Shown here: one piece after another, positions 19,722 through 26,410 of the stretch
How positions within the stretch are numbered: the stretch's first letter is position 1
Layout: each line of letters starts with the position of its first letter
NCBI GenBank assembly: GCA_964395075.1
Contig: CAYNDN010000001.1
Span: forward strand, 13,182-54,743
Direction of reading: 5' to 3'
Length of the DNA stretch: 41,562 nucleotides
Origin: an uncultured Lentimicrobiaceae bacterium
Lineage (GTDB): Bacteria; Bacteroidota; Bacteroidia; Bacteroidales; 4484-276
Notes under the pieces: generated by a model
What the model saw: the letters and a program-made list of their open reading frames with translations, nothing else
Told to the model about the DNA's origin: nothing
Databases searched by the model: none
Position numbers and translations under genes: made by a program

Positions 19722-22700
19722 ATGAAAAAGCTTTTACAATTTATGCCGCTACTGATTTTGCCGGTAGCATTCATCTTAATGTCGTACAGTTCAGGCTCTC
19801 CGGGCGGCCGTTCCGGCTCTCCCGGCGATGGCGGAAATAGTTGTGTGCAATGCCACAGCAGTTTTCCAACCATTAGTGTTACCGACTGGATAACATCCGA
19901 TATCCCCGCCGGGGGCTATGAGCTGAGTGAAGTTTACAACATCACCATGACAGGTATCCATGAAGGAGTATCGAAATTCGGTTTTGAATTTACTGCTGAA
20001 GACAGCGAGGGAAACAAAGTGGGAACACTCTCCATTTTAAACCCTACCGAAACCCAGCTTACCAACGGGACGGTGGCAGCCACACACACCTCCCAGGGTA
20101 CAACACCAATAGGAGATTCAAAATCCTGGACTGTGGAGTGGACCGCTCCTGACGATCCGGCTGGCGATGTTACCTTTTACGCTTCGTTAAATGCTGCCAA
20201 TGGAAATGGCAGCACCTCAGGTGATCAGATTTACCTGGGATCGCTCACCGTTGGCGAAGTGGGCTCAGGCGGTGGAGCTTCTGATCTGTTTTTCTCAGAA
20301 TATGCCGAAGGTTCCAGCTATAACAAATATGTTGAGATTTATAATGGTACTGGTACAGCTGTTGATTTATCAATATATGAAGTTAAGATTGCAAGTAACG
20401 GAAATGCTTGGGGAAATACTCAAGCCTTGAGTGGTGATTTAGCGGATGGTGATGTTTTTATTCTTGCTCATGCTTCCGCATCTACTGAAATTCTTGCATT
20501 GGCAAATATCACCAATAGTAGTGTGATAAACTTTAATGGTGATGATGCGATGGGTCTTTTTAAAGATGGTATACTCATTGATGCTATCGGCGTTGAAAAT
20601 GAAGACCCGGGTTCGTACTGGCCTGTTGCCGGCGTGAGTAATGGAACACAAAATCATACCCTTGTAAGAAAGCCCGACGTTTGCGAACCCACAACCGACT
20701 GGGCACTTTCTGCAGGCACCAATGCCGACGATTCGCAATGGATCGTTAATCCTCAGAATTATTGGGACAACCTTGGTTTTCATATTTCAAACTGTCAGGG
20801 TGGCCAGATTGTGGCTACACCTGAGTTTTCTGAGCCCGGCGGAACCTACACCGAACCCATCAGTGTATCGATAACCTGCGCCACAGCCGGTGCAGATATT
20901 TATTACACCACCGATGGAACCGATCCGGATGAAAACTCAACTCCTTACCTCCTGCCCATCAGCATCAGCGAAACTACAACCCTCAAAGCCAGGGCTTACG
21001 CTGACGGCTTTGATCCGAGCTTTATCGCCACAGCGGTTTACAATTTCCCGGAAACGGTTTCAACACTTGCTGAACTTAGAAATGGAACAATTGGAAACAC
21101 TTACCTCTTAACCGGCGAAGTATGGCTCACTTATCAGCAAAGCTTCCGCGGACAAAAATACATTCAGGATGCAACCGCTGGTATCCTAATCGACGATGAT
21201 GCCGGAATCATCACCACTGTTTACCAAATTGGCGATGGAATCCAGGGAATCTCAGGAACCCTCGGAGAATATGACGGCATGATGCAATTTGTTCCGGATA
21301 CTGATCCGGGCGATCCGGTTTCTTCAGGAAACTTCCCAACACCTCAGGTTGTAACACTCGATGAGTTGTTTACCAATTTTGAAGATTATGAATCGGAACT
21401 TGTTCAGGTTAATGATATAACATTTACCGATGGTGGTGGAACTTTTGATAATGGCCAAATATATCCAATTTCGGATGCTTCAAAGGCCGATGCCAATTTC
21501 AGGTCCACATTCTGGTATGTTGATTATATCGGAACCACAATCCCGGATATTGCTTTGGACATTGTTGGCTTACCCAATGCTTACGACAATGAAAACTACA
21601 TCACCAGTCGCAACCTCAACGACTTCCTGCTCGGTAACATCGTAGCAACACCCTATTTCGAACCGGAAGGTGGCCAGTATGAAAACCCGGTAATGGTTGA
21701 AATTCTTTGCGACACAGATGATGCTGAAATTTACTATACAACCGACGGCACCGATCCCGACCAAAGCTCAACACTGTTTATCGATCCCTTTGAGATTTCG
21801 GAAACCACAACTGTTAAAGCTCGTGCTTACAAGGAAGGATTCGATCCCAGTTTGATTGGTACAGCCCAGTATTATTTTGCTGAAACCGTTGCAACACTGG
21901 CAGAACTTCGTGCAGGTGTTATCGGGAACACTTATACGCTTGATGGTGAAGTATGGATTACATTCATGCAAAGCTACCGAAATCAGAAATTTGTTCAGGA
22001 CGAAACAGCAGCTATTTTAATTGATGATAATGATGGAATCCTAAACTCAGATTTAGAAATTGGTGATGGAATAACCGGCCTTTCGGGTGTTTTGGACGAA
22101 TACAACGGCATGTTGCAATTTGTTCCGGATGCCGATCCGGGCGACCCAACCTCATCAGGAAACTTCCCGGAACCACAACTGGTAACCATCAACGAATTGT
22201 TTGCCAATTTTGAAGATTACGAGGCCGAGCTGGTAAAAATTGAATCAGCAACATTTGCAGATGCAGGCGGAACTTTCTCCACAGGTACCGTTTATCCGAT
22301 CTCAGATGATTCGAAAGCCAATGGTAATTTCAGAACATCTTTCTACGATGCTGATTACATCGGATCGGACATTCCCGCTGCTCCTACTGACATTATCGGG
22401 TTGCCCAATGCCGTTTACAACGAAAACTATATCACAGCCCGATCCGATGCCGACCTGATCGTAAACCAGGTGCCCCCGGAAATTGTGGTACAGACCCCCA
22501 ACGGCGGCGAAACCTGGCAGCAAACCAAAACCTATACTATCGAATGGCTTAACCTCAACTTTGCCGGCAATGTAAACATCAACCTCCTCCGGGGAGCATT
22601 CACAAATATAGCCCTTGCACAGGACATTCCCAATACCGGAAGCTGGTCGTGGACCATTCCTGAGAGCATCACTCCGGCAGCCGATTGGAAAATAAGGGTA

Positions 22701-25700
22701 GCTGGTGTAACTGCCGGCGATCCGTTTGATAACAGCGACGATGTGTTTGAAATCATCGAGCCTTTGCCTGATCCGGATATCGTGATCAACGAAATTATGT
22801 ATGACCCACCTGAATCTGGAACAGATAGTTTAGAATATATCGAACTATATAATAATAGTGGGTTTGATGTAGAGATTTCTGGTTGGAGTTTTTCTGAAGG
22901 AGTAAGCTATACTTTTGAAGAAGGACAGATGATTCTAAATGATGAGTATCTTGTTATTGCAGGTAATGCATCTGCTGTTTCAAATACTTATGGTATAACA
23001 GGCGTTTTGCAATGGACCTCTGGTGGATTAAGTAACGGTGGTGAGGATATCATTTTGATAAATGAATTGGGTGTTGAAATGGATATGGTTGATTATGACG
23101 ATTCACCTCCATGGCCAACAGAACCAGATGGAAATGGTCCTTCTTTAGAGTTAATTGATCCTAACCTGGATAACAGCTTGCCCGAAAGTTGGATGGGTAG
23201 TATAGAGCCTAATCCAAATGGAACCCCCGGTGCTGTGAACTCGGTATTTGGTGCTGAATTTATTACGCTGGTAGCACCCAACGGCGGCGAAACTTTCGAG
23301 CAGGGCAGCTCGCAGGAAGTATCGTGGACTTACAGCGGATTTGATGGTGACCTTAAAATCGGGATCATCGACGTGGTGCTTGAAGATACCACAACCCTGG
23401 CCGAAAATGTGCCGGTTGAATTTGGCCTGTGGGACTGGGAAGTTCCAGGTGATTTCACTACCGGCGACAACTATAAAATACTGATTTCGGAAATGACAGA
23501 TGGCGAACCCATGGACGAAAGCGATGCTGTGTTCAGCGTGGTTGAACAAATAATTCCCGTTATTACGGTTACCGCTCCCAATGGCGGTGAATCATGGACT
23601 CAGGGAACCTCCCGCAATATTACATGGGTGTCGGAATTTGTGACCGTTGATGTAAAGGTTGAACTGTCTGACGGTACTGATGCAATCATACTACTTGAAG
23701 ATTCTATTCCGGTTGCCAATGGTTTATTTGTTTGGGAAATTCCCGCTGACCAAACTGCTGGCGATACATACAGTGTTATCGTTTCTACAATGGACGGAGT
23801 TGTATCAGATATAAGTGATGCACCGTTCTCAATTGTTGAACCGGAACCTGTTCCTGAACTCGTAATTAATGAGATTATGTATAACACGCCTGGCCTCGAT
23901 AACGAATGGTGTGAAATCTATAATCCTGGTACTGAAACCATCAACCTTGAAGGATTTTACCTGCTCGACAGTGATGACGACCATACGCCGGTAGTGTTCC
24001 CGGCTGGTTATAGCATTGCTCCGGGACAGTATTTTACAATATCACTTGAACTATTAAATCCCCCTTTGGCATTCGTTCCCGACTTTGAGGGCATTGCGGA
24101 GTGGGCACTGAATAACGGAGGTGACGAACTCAGGCTTTTCCATTCCTCCGCACAATTAATTAATGCCGTAGCTTACGATGATGGTGGCGACTGGCCATCT
24201 GAACCGGATGGAAACGGCCCTTCACTTTCATTACTTGAACCGATACTCGACAACAGCCTCGGTGAAAACTGGGCCGGCAGCCTCCAGGACAACGGCACAC
24301 CGGGAAGCGAAAACTTCCCGACAACACCGACCATTACAGTGGTTACACCCAACGGCGGCGAATCCATTCAGCAGGGAACCACCTACGATATCACCTGGAC
24401 GTATGCCAACTACGACGGCACTGTGAAAGTTGAGCTCATAACACCGGACAAGGCGGCTACAACACTTGGCTACGCAGCTCTAGCTGATATGATGTTTGCA
24501 TGGATGGTTTCAGAAGATACCGGAGATAGCTACACCGTAATGGTTTCCGATTCACTTACCGGCGATCCGATGGATGAAAGCGATGCACCATTTTCAATCG
24601 TTCCACCGGCAGAACTTCCGGATATCGTAATCAACGAAATCATGTACAATGCGCCGGAATCAGGAACCGATTCTCTCGAATTTATTGAGCTTTACAACAA
24701 TGGCGCTGAAATAGTAAACCTCGAAAACTGGTACTTCAGCCAGGGTGTTGATTTCACCTTCCCGAACTATGAACTGGCAGCCGGTGATTATGTGGTTGTT
24801 GCTTATAATGCTGATGTAATGCTCAATAATTTTGGTGTTACAGCTTTGGAATGGACAGGCGGTGGCTTGAGCAATGGTGGTGAAGACATCGAACTCCGCA
24901 ATGCAACTGACGATGTTGTGGATTATGTGGATTATGATGATGGTGGTTTCTGGCCCAATGCGCCGGATGAATATGGCCCGTCACTGGCTCTGGCTGATCC
25001 TGCTTCTGACAACGAACTGCCTGAAAACTGGAAACCCGAAACCGTGTTTGCTTTCGATCATGTTGTTGGCATTCCGGTTTATGCTTCTCCGGGAGCCATG
25101 AATTTCAGCACACCCGGACAGGGAATTTTGGTTTCATCCGGCTGGACAGGTGTTTCAACTTACAATGACCTGGATAATCCGGCAGTGGAACAAAACATGA
25201 GCAGTGTTGTGGATGACCTTGTTGTGATGCAGGATTTCGCGAATATTTATTATCCGGCGTTCAACATCAATACCATCTTAACCTGGCAACCCGACAATGG
25301 TTATCAGCTTAAAATGGATGCAACCCGCTATCTTGTGCTTTACGGAACAGTTTCAGCTGACCAGACAGTTGATCTAACCGCAGGCTGGAACAGTCTGCCG
25401 GTATTGAGTGATTGTGATGTGGAAGCAGCTACATTGTTTACAGACGTAACAGAAGTTGAGTTTGTTAAAGAGATGGGCGGAGATAAAATCTGGTGGCCTG
25501 GCGGAAGTCTGTTTACACTTGATTTCCTTGAACCTGGCAAGGCATATTACATCAAGGTTAGTGCCGATGTAAGCATCACATTTCCGGCATGTACATCCAA
25601 ATCAGGGTTTGAAATTTCTGAAACTTCTTTCATCAACCATACAACCTGGAACGATGCTTCCCCGACCGCTGTTTCTCATGCAATAGGTATTGAAGCAACC

Positions 25701-26252
25701 GCACTTGAGCAATTCAACAAAGGTGATGTGATTGGTGCTTTCACCCAGGAGGGTTTTTGTGCAGGTATGGTTCAGGTAAATCACGAAAGTGCAACGCTGA
25801 TGGTTTGGGGTGATGATATTTACACCAATACAGCAGATGGGCTGTCAGAGGACGAAAACATAATCTTCCGATTTTTTGATGCCGCCACCGGTGAAGTTGT
25901 TGAGCTTGTGCCTGAACTTGACGCGCGATTCGAAAACAGCGGTCAGTTTAAAACACACGGCATTTCTTATATCATTGGGTTCAAGGCTGGTGCAACCGGC
26001 ATAAACGAACTGCAGGCAATTTCAGAAATTTACCCCAACCCAACATCAGGGCTGCTGAATATTTCGGTTGATGCAGATGCTTTTGACAGGATGGAAGTAT
26101 ATTCAGCAATTGGCAGAAAAGTAATGGAGAAGAATATTACTGAAAGCCAGATGGTAATTAATCTTAAAAATCTTGATAACGGTTACTACTTCATTAAATT
26201 TGTAAATTCAGTGAGTGGAGAATTCGAAAGCAATAATTTTATCAAGCAGTAA
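19722..26252 (+). CDS. Giant (2176 aa) multidomain T9SS type-A cargo protein
   Basis: Signal peptide MKKLLQFMPLLILPVAFILMSYS. Approximate module order from motifs:
- Reeler-like domain with CVQCH (19794-20262).
- Class-I LTD, DLFFSEYAEGSSYNKYVEIYNGTG (20281-20790).
- Two copies of [Fn3_assoc/chitobiase-C-like (ADIYYTTDGTDPD) + YhcR-type OB-like (KYIQDATAGILIDD...GTLGEYDGMMQFVP)] (20808-22469).
- Kre9-like Ig domains (PNGGE(T/S)W..G..Y.I.W) alternating with three class-II LTDs beginning near 22780, 23860 and 24625.
- Unnamed domain A (25117-25602).
- Unnamed domain B (25640-26010).
- CTD (IYPNPTSGLLNISV...GYYFIKF...NFIKQ). Confidence 0.9.
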   Translation: MKKLLQFMPLLILPVAFILMSYSSGSPGGRSGSPGDGGNSCVQCHSSFPTISVTDWITSDIPAGGYELSEVYNITMTGIHEGVSKFGFEFTAEDSEGNKVGTLSILNPTETQLTNGTVAATHTSQGTTPIGDSKSWTVEWTAPDDPAGDVTFYASLNAANGNGSTSGDQIYLGSLTVGEVGSGGGASDLFFSEYAEGSSYNKYVEIYNGTGTAVDLSIYEVKIASNGNAWGNTQALSGDLADGDVFILAHASASTEILALANITNSSVINFNGDDAMGLFKDGILIDAIGVENEDPGSYWPVAGVSNGTQNHTLVRKPDVCEPTTDWALSAGTNADDSQWIVNPQNYWDNLGFHISNCQGGQIVATPEFSEPGGTYTEPISVSITCATAGADIYYTTDGTDPDENSTPYLLPISISETTTLKARAYADGFDPSFIATAVYNFPETVSTLAELRNGTIGNTYLLTGEVWLTYQQSFRGQKYIQDATAGILIDDDAGIITTVYQIGDGIQGISGTLGEYDGMMQFVPDTDPGDPVSSGNFPTPQVVTLDELFTNFEDYESELVQVNDITFTDGGGTFDNGQIYPISDASKADANFRSTFWYVDYIGTTIPDIALDIVGLPNAYDNENYITSRNLNDFLLGNIVATPYFEPEGGQYENPVMVEILCDTDDAEIYYTTDGTDPDQSSTLFIDPFEISETTTVKARAYKEGFDPSLIGTAQYYFAETVATLAELRAGVIGNTYTLDGEVWITFMQSYRNQKFVQDETAAILIDDNDGILNSDLEIGDGITGLSGVLDEYNGMLQFVPDADPGDPTSSGNFPEPQLVTINELFANFEDYEAELVKIESATFADAGGTFSTGTVYPISDDSKANGNFRTSFYDADYIGSDIPAAPTDIIGLPNAVYNENYITARSDADLIVNQVPPEIVVQTPNGGETWQQTKTYTIEWLNLNFAGNVNINLLRGAFTNIALAQDIPNTGSWSWTIPESITPAADWKIRVAGVTAGDPFDNSDDVFEIIEPLPDPDIVINEIMYDPPESGTDSLEYIELYNNSGFDVEISGWSFSEGVSYTFEEGQMILNDEYLVIAGNASAVSNTYGITGVLQWTSGGLSNGGEDIILINELGVEMDMVDYDDSPPWPTEPDGNGPSLELIDPNLDNSLPESWMGSIEPNPNGTPGAVNSVFGAEFITLVAPNGGETFEQGSSQEVSWTYSGFDGDLKIGIIDVVLEDTTTLAENVPVEFGLWDWEVPGDFTTGDNYKILISEMTDGEPMDESDAVFSVVEQIIPVITVTAPNGGESWTQGTSRNITWVSEFVTVDVKVELSDGTDAIILLEDSIPVANGLFVWEIPADQTAGDTYSVIVSTMDGVVSDISDAPFSIVEPEPVPELVINEIMYNTPGLDNEWCEIYNPGTETINLEGFYLLDSDDDHTPVVFPAGYSIAPGQYFTISLELLNPPLAFVPDFEGIAEWALNNGGDELRLFHSSAQLINAVAYDDGGDWPSEPDGNGPSLSLLEPILDNSLGENWAGSLQDNGTPGSENFPTTPTITVVTPNGGESIQQGTTYDITWTYANYDGTVKVELITPDKAATTLGYAALADMMFAWMVSEDTGDSYTVMVSDSLTGDPMDESDAPFSIVPPAELPDIVINEIMYNAPESGTDSLEFIELYNNGAEIVNLENWYFSQGVDFTFPNYELAAGDYVVVAYNADVMLNNFGVTALEWTGGGLSNGGEDIELRNATDDVVDYVDYDDGGFWPNAPDEYGPSLALADPASDNELPENWKPETVFAFDHVVGIPVYASPGAMNFSTPGQGILVSSGWTGVSTYNDLDNPAVEQNMSSVVDDLVVMQDFANIYYPAFNINTILTWQPDNGYQLKMDATRYLVLYGTVSADQTVDLTAGWNSLPVLSDCDVEAATLFTDVTEVEFVKEMGGDKIWWPGGSLFTLDFLEPGKAYYIKVSADVSITFPACTSKSGFEISETSFINHTTWNDASPTAVSHAIGIEATALEQFNKGDVIGAFTQEGFCAGMVQVNHESATLMVWGDDIYTNTADGLSEDENIIFRFFDAATGEVVELVPELDARFENSGQFKTHGISYIIGFKAGATGINELQAISEIYPNPTSGLLNISVDADAFDRMEVYSAIGRKVMEKNITESQMVINLKNLDNGYYFIKFVNSVSGEFESNNFIKQ
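20808..22469 (+). repeat. Internal in-frame duplication, 2 x 831 nt (277 aa), of the Fn3_assoc + OB-like cassette
   Basis: Copy 1 starts at 20808 (IVATPEFSEPGGTYTEP...). Copy 2 starts at 21639 (IVATPYFEPEGGQYENP...). They are collinear throughout (YYTTDGTDPD(E/Q), VKARAY(A/K)(D/E)GFDPS, TLAELR.G.IGNTY.L.GEVW(L/I)T, MQFVPD.DPGDP.SSGNFP.PQ(V/L)VT). Protein identity is high but the nucleotide copies are not identical. Confidence 0.85.
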
Positions 26253-26278
26253 TAATTTCTTAATCATATAAATCATGG

Positions 26279-26357
26279 GGTTGCATTAAATGGTATTGTT
26301 CTGATGATTCTCATAACGGAATTTTTCAAAGCAAAATCAGTTGGTGCAACCTTTTTT
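26279..26357 (+). terminator. Possible terminator after the giant gene (weak)
   Basis: GGTTGCA (26279-26285) can pair with TGCAACC (26345-26351), which is followed directly by TTTTTT (26352-26357). The intervening 59 nt is long. A minimal local hairpin gttg-gtg-caac is also possible. I have not evaluated folding. Confidence 0.3.
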
Positions 26358-26410
26358 ATTGATTTTTAATTTCAAAACAAAACATATTTATTCATTAAAA
26401 TTTTAACGTT

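Noticed and set aside
19722-26252. The giant protein as a polymorphic toxin, RHS/YD or RTX-type effector
   Set aside because: It has no YD/RHS repeats, no GGxGxD nonapeptides and no C-terminal toxin/immunity arrangement. The C-terminus is a standard T9SS sorting domain, and the next gene is another cargo paralogue rather than a small immunity gene.
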